64,000 nucleotides of DNA from Octopus vulgaris. Taxonomy: Eukaryota. The notes under the pieces are model-generated. The model was not told the DNA's origin and did no database searches. It was given only the letters and a program-made list of their open reading frames with translations. The stretch lies in assembly GCA_951406725.2 (NCBI GenBank), contig OX597818.1, positions 12,400,001 through 12,464,000 of the forward strand, written 5' to 3'. Below are positions 39,700 through 53,570 of this stretch, piece by piece; the stretch's first letter is position 1; every line of letters starts with the position of its first letter. The position numbers were made by a program, and so were the translations under genes.

Positions 39700-41600
39700 C
39701 TTCTACAGGTGTCTCATGAGATCTGAAAAAAACTGTTTTACGTTTTGTGCTTCTGACTTCTATCTTTTGATCATTGCCATGCTCTTGGAATATCACCGAA
39801 CTGCGATACATATTAGGTGTCGGTAGTATCAAATAACTGGAGTCCGAAAACGTCTACTGAAGGTCCACAGCAGCATCTTTGTTGCTCACAGACTCAAAAT
39901 CCATGTTTGACTGAATTATCTTCTCTGAAACAGTTATTGTCCGACTGGGTATCAATCGACTTGGAGGGTTTAGTGTTCAACCATGAATTCTGAGGCTGGG
40001 ACGTAGAGCTGCAACATATCAGTCGATGTTGGTCATATAAATGTACAAATCTGTGCGAGATTTCATTGCACTGGATGACTTCCCAATTATGTCGATCAGA
40101 TGGGGCATCTATAAGATTAATGTCATGACACGTCCACATCACGTTAGCTGTTTTGTATGTCTGCATGTTGAAGATTCTGCAGTGTTGTGGAGAAGCTACT
40201 AGTGACAGGTATGCAGGCAGTAATAATTTGGCCGGAGAGCGAAAACCAAGATCACTTCTGGAACAGAGAAAGTTACCTATTAGCATGCTATCGTCAAACG
40301 GGAGGCTGCATATTTCCTCCACCCTACACCGGTTAGAATTTCTAAGTTGGGCGTGGTAGAGCGTCTGCTTGTGAGACGGGACCTTGTGAAAGGTAATAGA
40401 ACAGTTTTGGTATGATAAAAAAGTTTTATAGGAGAAAGATGATGGGATGCGTTTCGAATTGGAGTTTGCAATTCGATGGTCGATCGTACCACAGACGGAA
40501 GGATCAATGAACTAAGGATAAGGACATGTTCTTTCGAAGTCACCTGCACCGGGTGTATTGTCGATCGCACGTCGCAGACGGATTCGTCGAAACTGTATTT
40601 GATACAGGTGAAATTTATGGCTGTAGGTTTTGATGTCTTACTCTCGAGTTTAATTCTCAACAAGACAGAGACGGAGAAGTAGAGGTTATGAAATAGATAG
40701 CGACTAATAGCTTTGCATATTGTATCATCGTTAAGTACCAAACATTGAAAAAGTGATGTGATGCTGCATGCGGTATCGTCAACGGTAAGTGCACACAGAA
40801 GAGAGGTTAGGAGAACTGTGGGAAGCAGTGAAAGTTGTTACAGTGTTACTGCGTGTGATTTCACAAAATATGTCAATAGCTAGACAGATATGAGTCTCTT
40901 AAGGTACAATTCCATCAGTTGGTCTCGAAGCATACAGTTTAAGACGTTTCTATATCAAGTATCATAATGAGACATCAAAAATCCGCAGATTTGGCTTAGG
41001 TGGAGTGTCTTTCACGAATTGAATGACAGTGTGGTTGGTACCCTTACATCTGTATGCGACTCTGACAACGAACTAGGATAGCTCATGATTTTACTGCAAA
41101 CATACGAACGACCGTTAGGTATAAGTCACGATGGTCGTTGCCAACGACCAAGGTCACTTGGCAGAGTGGTTAAAATAGCAAAAAAAGTAAAGACCGTAGG
41201 CTTATTCAAATCACTGTGAATAAGTCCGTTGATGAGCAACACAATCGCCTACAATAGATATAGATCGGCTTCTACGGCATATAATGACAACAAATCTTTA
41301 AGATGACTAGGTCTGAGGCCATCGACATTTCAACTATTACTTGCGGGAAAGGAATGATTTGTGGATATAATAGTGTGCTCGAACGTTGAGTACGATGAAT
41401 TGGTGTTCGTCAGGGAGATGGGGTTGAGGCGCGGGTGGATCAGGACACTTGAGCCGGATGAAAGAAATGACCCGCTTGAAGTCATCTGAGACAAATACGG
41501 TCACGTAAACATTTCGAATTAATGTCGATGACAGAGGACGGTGGGTTGCACTCAGACGATGAATATTCGAGTGGGACATGCATAAATAGCTTTGCCGAAG
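39700..41600 (-). mobile_element. CRE-like non-LTR retrotransposon remnant (RT and downstream domain), highly degraded
   Basis: SDLGFRSPAKLLLPAYLS (compare GGLG.RS...ALPAFLAS), SWLNTKPSKSIDTQSDNNCFR (compare WL...P....G..L....FR), ILDI/NVLNCMLRD (compare LDF.NAFN...R), IKLESKTSK. Confidence 0.55.
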
Positions 41601-42742
41601 TTTAAACCGTTGTTTTTGATACTGAAATATATTTCTAATGTGCGCGTTGCTCGTGGTGTATTTGAGATTGCTCCTTAGCTGTTACTCGGTTGACTATTTT
41701 AGTTTTTAATTAGAGATAAATATTTAAATTGCCATTTGAAATATATCCTGCTGTTTTATTATACCGTTGAGAGTGTGTACTGACGACTGCAGTCTTGTTA
41801 AACTCTTATCTAATTCTGACATTATGTGTAAGTGGTTCCACTTGGCTGTCTATTATTGAAGTTTATAAAAACATTTCCTTTGTTCATTCATGTGTGAGTC
41901 TGTCATGATAATGATAGGTGGAAGTGTGGGGTTAGGACAATGATTGCTGTAAGGTTGGGGTAACTGAGAGTGTTTGTAATTGACAGTCTTGTATGTAAAT
42001 TTATTATTATTTTGTTCATGGTGTAGTAGTGTTTGTTTGACCTTTTTTAAGATGCAAACATTGCGGTACGAATGCCTGTAGGTATGAACTAAACAGGTGG
42101 TTTCTACCTATGGCTAAGTGTACTATACTTCCAAACTTGTATCGAATTACAGGACTGTGACTACATCTAGTATGACTTCTACTTGCATCTAGTTGAATGA
42201 TGTTGTATCGGAAACTGGTAGATTAAAATTTGGTCGTAGTAATTAACGTTTTGTTCGGCTATATATAACTGAATCTTTTAGGAGTAAGGCATATTCTAAG
42301 CCACGTATCTGCTTACTGCAAAGTAGACTGTAACTCTCCGTGGGGCTTAGTCTTGCAGACTGTGCCTCTCTTCTCTGTGATGCCTAGATCGAAATGAACC
42401 ATATCTTAGTTTCTTATATAAAAATATGTATTTTCTTTTCATTTGATCTATACGAAGGGACTATGTTAATAGCAATCTCAGGGCCAAGATTGGTGAGATG
42501 ATCATCGTTTATATTCATCTTGAATAATTGTATGTTGGTGGGTGTATTGAAAACTTGGGTAGAGTGGAAATTTCTAGATCAGTCCAGTTGTTCTTAGGGA
42601 AATATATTTGTACAAGATCATTTAGAAATAATATGGGTGATGAGAGGAGTATGGACGAATAAATAGGAAATCCGTAACACTAAACCAGCCATCTCCGTGA
42701 AGCAGAGGACACCCTAGTAGCAGTAGAAAATATATAGAGAAC

Positions 42743-42794
<52 letters not shown>

Positions 42795-43086
42795 AAGAGG
42801 AAGAGGGACAGATAGAGGAAGAGATAAAGTAAAAGAGAGGGAGAATGGTGGGAGGGAGAGAGTTATCTCTCTCTTTCTCTCTCTCTTCCGCATGCCTGTG
42901 TCATGGAAATTGCATAAGGTTACGTAATTATTATGGAATATCGATTGAGATTTCTGCTTCCCCACCTTTACTTCAATTGTGTTATCGATCCCAAATAGAA
43001 GGACGATTAGCTAGAGACAAAAAACTAAATGATGTAAGACTTTAAAACCAATTCCTGGTCTTTTCGACCTCTTACCATGTCCTATC

Positions 43087-43122
<36 letters not shown>

Positions 43123-44224
43123 CTAGAACCTTAGACTATATTTTAAATTGTATTGTACGTACGAAACCATATTGTGTATATTTATGAATGTTTGAAATCT
43201 TACATTTTTACCTTCATGATCAATTATGATAGAAACAGAAGTTCAGAATTAAGAGTGGCATGTGATATTTCGCCCATAATCCTAGAGAACTGGTGTTAAA
43301 CATGAAGATGAAGATATATTGTGATATATAGAATCACGACAACGACGAAAAGACTATAGGGACGAATGCTTCCAGATTATTGCTCTATTGGAGGAGGTGT
43401 GGCGTCGCTGTCGTCTACGATGAGGATCAAGTGGTTCGATCAACCAATATTACCTGCTCCTGAATAAACGTGTAAGTGGCTGACCAGTGTATCCTTACGT
43501 CCTACTCATGCGCAATCAGCGTGACAAATTGTGTGACGAAGCTCTATCTTTTGAATTACATGTACAATTTGCACAACGTGGTCTATACAGTTTTCGTCTC
43601 CATGAGTTTATAGAAATTGACATATTTCCAAAATGCTACACAGTAGACAGGGCCCAGGGACCTCATGAAAGCGAGTTTCTTTACCATTCGACCATCCAGG
43701 CTCTACTGCAACAAACGCGAAACACGAATATGTGTAGTAACCCACCTCATTAAAACATACTCACAGAACTATAATAGTAATTATTTCATGACGTAGCATA
43801 CTGAAATAGTTAATTGTAACCTTTGTAATGAGTGAGTGAAATATTTTATATATTTCAACACTTGCATTCAGCATCCTCTAATTTTCACTAAGATAAATCT
43901 TTGTAAAAGACAACAAACCTTTCGGGCTTAATTAATATGAATTGAGTTTAATTAAAACTTATTGAGCTTTATTCACATATATTTCTTTAAGAAATATTCG
44001 ACCGAATTTAAGTGATATGTATTGTTGGCTAAACAAATTGGTGTAGAGTTACATGTAGGAAGAGAATTTGGAATAATTAATCTCAAGTTTCACATTAAGG
44101 AACTTGTACGTTTAAACAGACAGCATATAATTATTTAGATTTTTGCAGATGGAGAACACTGTGCTTTGGAAGTTTTCCAAATCTCGACATTTGAAATGTT
44201 GGCAAGCTAGATACATAAATTATC

Positions 44225-44274
<50 letters not shown>

Positions 44275-44945
44275 GTATATAAATATATATACATACACAC
44301 ATACATATTTTTACGTATGTATGTATGTATATATACATATTTATGCGCTTATATATATATATATATACATATATATCGTCGTATATATAAATATATATGT
44401 GTGTCTGTGTGTGTGTTTGTACACACTCATACACACACACACACACACACAAACACACACACGCATATATCTAGGAACCTAGTGAAAAATTAGATTTAGC
44501 ATTTCAAAAATATAAATAATAGAACATTCCAAGATGAATAATTCAACTCTATAGCATTTTCTTTGAAGGAATTAATAGCTTAAAGATTGTTTGCCTCAGA
44601 GATTCTTTTTTTTTTCTTCTCTAGCGAACAAAAGAACACATACCAATATGTACGTGAGTCTTCCGGAGGTAGACTGAATATACAATTAGAGGTAGATTAC
44701 ACTGATGTAAACGAATATTTGGCTCTAACACCATGCACATAGTCTAACAATACACGCACACGCAAACATATAGAACAAGCACACGCATAAACATAGAAAC
44801 ACAAGCACGCATATATGTATATATACCTAGATACATATATCTTTGTGCGTATGTGCGTGTGTAAGCAGACACCCGTTTAAAAACTGGGAGAGCCACAATT
44901 TGAGGTACTGCTTGTAAATGCCATAATCTCTATATACAATGAGTA

Positions 44946-45010
<65 letters not shown>

Positions 45011-45039
45011 ATGTCTATCTATCTATCTGTCTATCTATC

Positions 45040-45385
45040 TAGGCGTAGATATGGTTGTGGTAAGAAGCTTGCATCCCAACCACATGGTTCCAGGTTCAGT
45101 CCCACTATGTGACACCTTGGGCAAGTATCGTCTACTATAGCCTCGGGCTGTCCAAAGCCTTGGGTAATTGAAATATATATCAGTGTGTGTGTGTGTGTTT
45201 GTCTCCCTACAATGGAACATTCAAAGATGAATAACTTTCCGTAACTTAGTGATTCGGCTAAAAGATCAATAGAATATATAGTAGCCTGAAAAAAGAACTA
45301 TGGTCGATTCATTTGACTACAAATTCTTCAAAGCGGTGCTCTACCATGGCTGCAGTAAAACAAGTAAAAGGTAAAAGATATAAGG
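45040..45385 (+). mobile_element. SINE family B, full length, diverged
   Basis: aggcgtagatatggttgtggtaagaagcttgc...ggttccaggttcagtcccact...gcggtgctctaccatggctgcag. Confidence 0.85.
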
Positions 45386-45420
45386 ATACACACACAGATA
45401 TAAGGATACCGGAGTACTAC

Positions 45421-45502
<82 letters not shown>

Positions 45503-45589
45503 GCATATATACCCGTTTATTGTTACCTGTTGGTGAAAGAGTATGTAGTGATGACCATGACTTTAAGAGCTAGTCCCAACTTCATCCTA

Positions 45590-47151
45590 CGTCGATATCC
45601 CCTCACCTTGCCCAGGCCCGACCCCTTGATCTTATCCCTGCTCTCTCTCCCGGTACTCGTCCTATCCTTACCCGGCCTCCATTTTCCCCTCACTTACCAC
45701 CCCTCCAACCTACCCCTCCAACGCATCATTTCCCGAGCCTTCCGTCGTCTCCAGTCCGACTCTCCACCTCCCACATCTTCCCTATCCCATCTCTTCCCTC
45801 CTTCAAACGCACCCATAACCTGCGTGACTTTCTGGTCCGTAGTCTCTTCCCTACTCCGTGTCATCCAACATAGATCCTTCCCCTGCTCTCGCCCACGCTG
45901 TCGCACCTACCACATACCTCTCCAACACCACTATCCTCACCGGCAACCACCCTCCTCCTGTCACATCACCGACTCTTTGCACCTCCAGCAATGTCATCTA
46001 CTGCATCTTCTCTCTCTGTCCTTCCCTGTACAATGCTCAAACGGGACGTCGTTAGGCCGACCAGTCCACTGAGCTCCTCTGAGGCATCAAACTCAGCAAT
46101 GACACCACGGTCTCGCACTACTTCTGCTCCGCCGGTCACTCGCTACAACATCTGTTTGCGTACGAACGATCTTTACACAGAGTCCACTCGGACTCCTGCT
46201 TCCGCCGTGAACAGGAATTAATCTCAATTTCTTTGCTCATAATAATCTTAATTCACTACCTGTCTTCATCTAACACCAACCCCACACATTTTCTCACACA
46301 CATCCTACCCATAACAGCACTTCCCCTCCACCCACATCTGTACATCGCCCAGCTCAACACCCTCACCACACGTACCATTATAAAAACACCCATACACACT
46401 ATTCACCTCAATACTCATACCACGCACTATCACGCACCCTCGCACTCACGTATACTTTCCCACTCCACACCTACTAGCACTTAACACCTCTCAGTACCAC
46501 ATCACTTACCAGTATGCACAAGCCCACACACACTCACCAGGACTCTGACCACATACAGCACTATACGAACACCCAGGCACACTGTTCAATACAGTAGTCA
46601 CACCACACACTATTATGCACACACCCACACACACTCACATACACATGTCTTCACACGCACCTTCCTACTCCTCACACACTAGCACTCAATACCTCCCAAC
46701 CCCTAACCCATGTCACCCCTATCCCACCTCCCACACCCATACATTCCCCCACAGCACATAGTATACACTCCTAAAAGCACACACAATGCTCTTTAGACTG
46801 CCCTTTATTTTTCAACTTCCTAAAAGTTTAGCTCTCACACCTTCATACACACATATACACATATACACTCACACACCATTCTTACATGCACACACGCGCT
46901 TGCTTACCATATTTCGGTTGGGTCACCTTATTATCTCTCTTTCACTCAGCCTCTTGCTTCCTGTCATTTCATCCTGCAGAACCGTTAACCCCCACACATT
47001 TTCTCTCTCTCATTTTGTTTCGGTCTCCACTTTTTTCCTGGCTCGAAGCGTCAAAAACATTTCCATTCTTCCCGAGCGTCAAACTAATACACCTACTTGT
47101 TGGTCCGTCACCTGTCTTCATCTTTTGTTTTCTGTAAATTTGAACTATATA
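45590..47151 (+). mobile_element. Penelope-like element 3' portion: RT-GIY-YIG linker, GIY-YIG endonuclease pseudogene, CA-rich 3' region and terminus
   Basis: FPLTYHP..L..II...FRRLQSD; FKRTHNLRDFLVRS; FPCSRPRCRT; CTSSNVIYCIFSLCPSLYNAQTGRR*ADQSTELL (GIY-YIG signature); RREQELI. Half-HHR remnant gctcgaagcgtc at 47041. Confidence 0.88.
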
Positions 47152-47158
47152 ATGTATA

Positions 47159-47400
47159 TCTATATATATAAAAGTCAAGTTGTGTGTGTGCGTGTGTGTG
47201 TGTAAACCTGCATAATTTCTGAAGATCACAACAGATTGGAAACTGGAAACATATATTACTTATGCCCCAGAGATGGTCTTAGACTCTTCAACTTATTCAC
47301 GTATTGAGTAACAAGCCCTCTGGGAGCAGAACACACCCTTTCCTGCGTTTCGTCGAGAAGGAAGGTAACTCTTTGCAAAGTAACTTTCAGAAATTGATTG
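47159..47400 (+). mobile_element. Non-autonomous Helitron-like 5' end
   Basis: 5'-TCtatatatataaaag followed by (GT)n, the same layout as 48430 and 62621; 3' end not identified. Confidence 0.4.
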
Positions 47401-47564
47401 ACTCCTTTACATCCAGCGAGATTGATCCACTAACGTTTTTTACCTTTTTAAAATATTGATGGGGGAAGGAATTCGACAGTGTTTTACCTTTCAGAAATAA
47501 TGAATGAAGTAAAATGGATGTATAGTGAGGGAATATATGTTGCTGCAAGAGAACAATGTTATAC

Positions 47565-47815
47565 AGAGAGGGAGAAAGAGAGAGAGAGAGAGGGGGGTGA
47601 GAGAAAGAGAGGGGTTGAGGGAGGGAGAGGGCGAGAGGGCAAAGAGAGGATTGAAAGAGCGTGAAAGAGAAATGAAGATGGAGAAGGAAAGAGATAGCAA
47701 GAGAGAGATGGAGAGAAGAGAGAGGGGAGAGAGAGGGCGAAGGAGAAAGAGAGAGAAAGAAAGAAAAAAATGGAGAGGAATGGAGAGAGGGGAAAAGAGA
47801 GGAGGAGAGAGGGCG
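47565..47815. repeat. Purine-rich (GA) low-complexity tract
   Basis: Seen directly. Confidence 0.9.
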
Positions 47816-48429
47816 AATGCATTGTGCAGACTTGCGAGAAGTAGTTTGCTCTTTAGTAGAATTTAAGATCAATGTCCATTTTAACAGCAGTGGAAGAGTA
47901 AGAAATGAAACTGCATAAGTTGCCACCATAGGTTGACGTATTGTGGTACAATGACTTGCTTTTAAATGAGAAAACTGATATTTATGGATGCAGAATCATT
48001 GTCACATAGATCTGAAAGTAACTTTGTTGCTGATTGCACTTAAGATTTTACGGTGAATTAGCAGTTGAAATATTTTATCACCGCAAAGATAAATCTGTTC
48101 TTCAAAATGAAATTTTCGCATTGCTATATAATTGTTATTTGCCGAGGTTTTGAGACCTAACATTTCTTTATACTTCATATAATTCTACAGCGGCTGTACA
48201 GTTGATACTTTGAAGATTTTAGCCTATTATATCTACACCAGTAATTATTCTATTCTGATATTATTTATATGTAACTTTGTCAGACCACTAAGTTGCGTTA
48301 TATAGAGGTAGACAATACTGCTGCAACACCAATTAGTCGGTGTAAACATAAACTACGGCTCTGATACAGATAGGCATCTACATAGTATATTTAAGATGTT
48401 TTGAGACTTTTCCATGAGGCACACACACA

Positions 48430-48720
48430 TCTATTATATAAAATCCGTTCTGTCTGTGTGTGTGTGTGTGTCTTCTAGGATCTTGGGCATCCTCCATCCG
48501 ATTGCGCTCAAATTTGATATGTAGATACCAACGGTATCAGGGCGTGTATAAATCTTGAAAAAATTACAAAAATCGATTCCAGGTGAGAATGCGATATATA
48601 ACGCCGTGGGAACGTGCATTTGTACGCGCAAGTACATCAGCTGTTGCGATCGATACTATGCGTAGGCGAGAAAAATGCACGTGCAGTTTGTGCAAAGAAG
48701 CCGGCTTGTTTGGTGTCTCA
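48430..48720 (+). mobile_element. Non-autonomous Helitron-like 5' segment
   Basis: tctattatataaaa...gtctgtgtgtgtg...ccgattgcgctcaaatttg, motif order shared with 62621 (ctgatttcattcaaatttt). Confidence 0.45.
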
Positions 48721-48847
48721 AATTTAGATTAAATCAGTGTTTCTCAAAGGGGAGGCGTATGGGACAGTGGGACAAGTTGTTTTGAGAAAATTTGGTTTAA
48801 ATGTTTGACAACTCAGCACCGTCCATTGGACGGGGGGCGTTTTGCTC

Positions 48848-48887
<40 letters not shown>

Positions 48888-48889
<2 letters not shown>

Positions 48890-49175
48890 AGTACAAAACT
48901 CAAATTTCTTTCGAAGATCCTCTGATTTGGATGCACTTGTTGTAGCGCTCCAGTCACTTCAAGAAATTATTCAAGGTGAAGATGTTCATGACCCTTGTCA
49001 CAATCTAGACTGTAGAAAGGATGGGAGACTGTTTTAATGATCATCTCTGTTAGGTAGTTGGTTACTAGGATGGAACTTTGGATTGGTGCATACTCTTGGT
49101 GCAGGTGCCAACTATCTGGGTGGAAAATCTCTGGCCTTTTGTTACAAAATCTCTTCCTAAACCCCCGCAAGAGTT
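48888..49175 (-). mobile_element. Mariner transposase C-terminal fragment
   Basis: KRPE....SWHLHQEYAPIQSSILVTNYL...IKTVSHPFYSLD resembles W.LHHDNAP.H...HPPYSPDL. Confidence 0.8.
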
Positions 49176-50142
49176 GTCCAAAGTTACCCAGTGATTGGAA
49201 AGTACAATAGTAATGTCTTGGTACTGCCTCAAATGTGTCAAGAGCTAGATTTATGCATAGAGAACATTATGTTTCATCAGAAAGATTAATAAGAAAAAAA
49301 CCTAGGTGCATGCAGGCTCAAAGCAGTGGTCTATGATTCATTTTGTTCTTGTGTGTTGAAGCGACTTTTGTCATATATGCCGTACCTGCGTTATGCGGGA
49401 AGCTGAATGACGGACTGACCGTCGTGTTATTCATGCAAAGGGTGAACTTTGTTACAAACCGAAGGTATAGCCAACAGTGTGACCATTCCAAAGAAATATG
49501 ACTTATTTGAAAGATGATGTTATTAAAGATGAGTTGGTGAAGGTAATAGACAAAAAGTAAATTCAATGACTTGTAGGAAGAGTCCAAAATGTCCACGTAT
49601 GGCGTTTGCAAAGATATTCTAGCGAAAAAACAGCATGTTTGATAAAAATGTATGAAATTCAAGTACTATTAAATCATAAAAGCATAGGGAGAAAGGCTTG
49701 TACAGCTCGTGAAATTGTAAGGTGCAGCATAGGCTTCGTGACAACAAGATACTTGGTGGTAGAATAAAGCAGATCAGATCCAATCTTCATGTGACCTTAA
49801 CGATACGAAGCTTCTGTATAACTTGTTGCAGAAAATTTATGGGCTGTCTTCCTCTCCTACTGTACTTCTGAGTACTCAGGATATTAAAAAATTACTAAGA
49901 GATATCAAAGATATTCTGATCAGATTTATATATATAACTGTAAATACTCCCGTTACCATAGAAAGGTTATTACACCTATGTTAGCGGGTTCACATTTTAA
50001 TTATTTAAACCAGTTGTCTGCAAAACTTTATCACGTGAGATCCGATTCGTATAAAGTAATCAAGCCCATGTACTTTGAATACTGACCGAATAAGAGATTT
50101 TCTTCCTGCCTGCTGCGTAACTTCCTAGCCCACCAACATACC

Positions 50143-50143
50143 T

Positions 50144-50176
<33 letters not shown>

Positions 50177-50220
50177 ACGCGTGTGTGTGCGCGTTTGTTT
50201 CTTCCCAACATCGATTGACA

Positions 50221-50256
<36 letters not shown>

Positions 50257-50292
50257 TATCAATTGATGTTGGGGAGAAACACACGCACACAC

Positions 50293-50385
<93 letters not shown>

Positions 50386-50386
50386 A
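50143..50386. repeat. Palindrome of SINE B fragments plus microsatellites, centred on (AT)n
   Basis: (TA)n(TG)n..cccaacatcgattgacaaccg-(AT)n-cggttatcaattgatgttggg..(CA)n(TA)n. Confidence 0.85.
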
Positions 50387-50421
50387 ACACACACATATTA
50401 AAATCTATAAACATATATCAT

Positions 50422-50600
50422 TTTCTTATACTTGTTTCATTCACAAGGCTACAGGCAAGCTGGGGCGCCACCTAGAAGGCTGATTTCTAAAACTTGGTAT
50501 TTATTTTATCAGGTGCTTTTTGCCGAGCAGCTAAGTTACGGGGACGTAATAAAGCAACATAAATTATCGTATGGGGAAGGGAAAAACACCGACATAAACA
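50422..50600 (-). mobile_element. SINE family B 3' half
   Basis: cttgtttcattc...cttttgccgagcagctaagttacggggacgtaa is the reverse complement of the tail. Confidence 0.7.
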
Positions 50601-51323
50601 TGCACACATACACGCACGCATACATATGTGTATATATATATGTGTGTATGTGTGTATGTATGTATGTATGTATGTATGTATGTATGTATGTATGTATATA
50701 TATATATATATATATATGCTAATATTGAACAGTGAGAATGATTACTCACTCACATTGGTGGATAAATATGCGAATTAACAAGGTATCCAATGGGTTCATG
50801 CGAAGACGTCTTCACAATTTTTCGAGCGTACAAGGTGGAAGTGTTGGTACTCGTCTCTATTATGGATAGGAATGCACAAGATTACACGAGACTGAGCTAC
50901 CTCTGGAAATAAATACACAGATCAGGTGAGGTCACTTATAAGAATATCTCAATTGTTGGCCTCTGCATTAGTTCTGGATTTTTTCCAGAAATTATAAAGA
51001 TCTTCTTACATGAAACTACTGGCTGTCTTCTTAACACAGAAATAAAGTGTAAAAACACGCGCACACGCATATGTATAGTATGAATAAAACACAGCAACGT
51101 ATTTTTTATTTCATACCTTATAAAATGTTATGCGTTAGGAAACGCGTTTCAGCAGATTATAAAGCAGGAGCACATTATAGTTTGTTGAAACTCATATAGT
51201 CTTATGAAAATACCTCCATAGTGTTTAGCAAAAAGTACAAAGAATGTTAAAAACACTTATTACTTATGTAATCCTACTTGTTCATTTGGCCAAACGCGTT
51301 ATGTTGTATAAATCATAAAATAC

Positions 51324-51739
51324 ATATTTCTTTATTACCCACAAGGGGCTAAACACAGAGGAGACAAACAAGGACAGACATAGGTATTAAGTCGATTACA
51401 TCGACTCCAGTGCGTAACTGGTACTTAATTTATCGACCCCGAAAGGATGAAAGGCAAAGTCGACCTCGGCGGAATTTGAACTCACAACGTAACGCAGACG
51501 AAATACCTATTTCTTTATTACCCACAAGGAGCTAAACACAGAGGGGACAAACAAGGACAGACATAGGTATTAAGTCGATTACATCGACCCCAGTGAGTAA
51601 CTGGTACTTAATTTATCGACCCCGAAAGGATGAAAGGCAAAGTCGACCTCGGCGGAATTTGAACTCACAACGTAATGACAGACGAAATACTCCTAAGCAT
51701 TTCGCCCGGCGTGCTAACTTTTCTGCCAGCTCGCCGCCT
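51324..51739 (-). mobile_element. SINE family A, dimeric body, with a perfect 15-bp TSD
   Basis: TSD taaatcataaaatac at 51309-51323 and 51740-51754; two near-identical body units of about 183 bp. Confidence 0.95.
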
Positions 51740-52440
51740 TAAATCATAAAATACCAACTATGTTTTCTGCTTTTTTTGTATTCATATCTTCTCGTGGTGC
51801 GTATTTTGCATACCGCCTATCTCAGAGAATTGATTTTAGGTATGTATTTAAGAGACATTTAGGAGTGGAGTACCATTTATGGTGAAGTTAAGGTTTCGTA
51901 TAGCTCTCTTCAGAGTGCGCGCGAGAATGCACGCACACACACACACACACATATTCTTTTATTCTTTCACTTGTTTCAATCATTTGCTTGCGGCCATGCT
52001 GGAGCACCACTGTGTCTAGGAACTGAAACCACGATCTCGCGATAGTGAGTACAACAACCTAACCGCTAGTCCTAGTGTCCTCACACACATATACACATAC
52101 ACACATACACATACACACACGCATATATATGTGCGCGCTCGTACATGTCTGTGAACTTATATATAATGAAAGGTGGAATTTTGAATAGCTTGCACATCCC
52201 ACCAGCTTCAACCCGGCTCAACATTTTTAGACTTGTGAACGATTGAGTAAGTATGTTGTGTTTATAAAAAGTGGATTAGTTTCATTCTTTAGAAATTGTT
52301 TGCTTTATATGTGCGTATATAAAATGTGTTTGTATTTTTGTTTATATTTCCTTTCTTTAGTTTAGACAATAAAAAAATTTAGTCTGCATATGATATAGAA
52401 CTAATGAATATTATTAGCATGCAGAATATTATTCGTATGC

Positions 52441-52857
52441 AGGCGTAGGAGTGGCTGTGTGGTAAGTAGCTTGCTTACCAACCACATAGTTCTGGGTTCA
52501 GTCGCATTGCGTGGCAGCTTGGATAAGTGTCTTCTACTATAGCCTCGGGCCAACCAAAGCCTTGTGAGTGGATTTGGTAGACGGAAACTGAAAGAAGGCT
52601 GTCATATATATGTATATGTATATATATGTGTGTGTGTATACATGTTTGTGTGTCTGTGTTTGTCCCCCCAACATAGCTTGACAACCGATGCTGGTGTGTT
52701 TACGTCACCGTAACTTAGCGGTTCGGCAAAAGAGTCCGATCGAATAAGTACTAGGCTTACAAAGAATAAGTCCTGGTGTCGATTTGCTCGACTGAAGGCG
52801 GTGATCCAGCGTGGCCACAGTCAAATGACTGAAACAAGTAAAAGAATAAAAGAGTAA
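52441..52857 (+). mobile_element. SINE family B, full-length reference copy (tRNA-derived head, internal microsatellite, LINE-like tail)
   Basis: aggcgtaggagtggctgtgtggtaag...gggttcagtc... ending ggcggtgatccagcgtggccacagtcaaatgactgaaacaagtaaaagaataaaaga. Confidence 0.92.
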
Positions 52858-53277
52858 AATGGTAACTTTGATAGGTATAAGAGAAAAACGCATTATATGA
52901 GATAAAAATTAAGCTTTGACAACTAAAATTTTGGTTAAAGTATCTTTCATTAAAAAACCATTGAAACATTGAGTGTGGAGCAAAGTATGTTTTTTTTGCT
53001 AAGGCAGTATATAACTGGGTAACATTTTGTTCGGTGGGAAGGTTGATCATTGTCTGGTAGAGTGCGTTTAGGTAAAATGGTGTGTTTATGATGGCAGCAA
53101 ACCTCACGCTGATAAACATTGTTAAGTCCAAGCATATGCAAGCACACACATACAATCATACAGAATTAACTAACATGCACGTAGACGCATAGACAGAAGA
53201 AAAAATACAGATGAGAGGGAGCACATAGGCGGAAAATTATGCGCATACAAACAAAATGGGCATACACGAATTCATAG

Positions 53278-53436
53278 AAAATAGACGCTAAATCGTCTAA
53301 CCATATGTCGAAATGAAGAAAGCGAGCTAACAAATTCATAAAATTTCTGCTCGATCGCTTTCCTCGTTTCCATACATGGTGTAATAAATATAGTGAGAAT
53401 ATTTTATGTGGTTAGATGATTTAGCGCCTATTTTTC
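53278..53436. repeat. Nested hairpin (outer arms 53278-53303 / 53410-53436; inner gaaatgaagaaagcga / tcgctttcctcgtttc)
   Basis: Reverse-complement pairing seen directly; most outer-arm mismatches are transitions. Confidence 0.7.
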
Positions 53437-53570
53437 AGCATATTGGCAAAGAAAGATTCTTTCATTTGCCCTTATTTATAATTGTATTAATAATTTTCAC
53501 CTTAAAAGATATTTTTTCATATGTTGGCCACTGATAAAATTTTTCTAATAAAGTTTTATCCTCATAAAAT

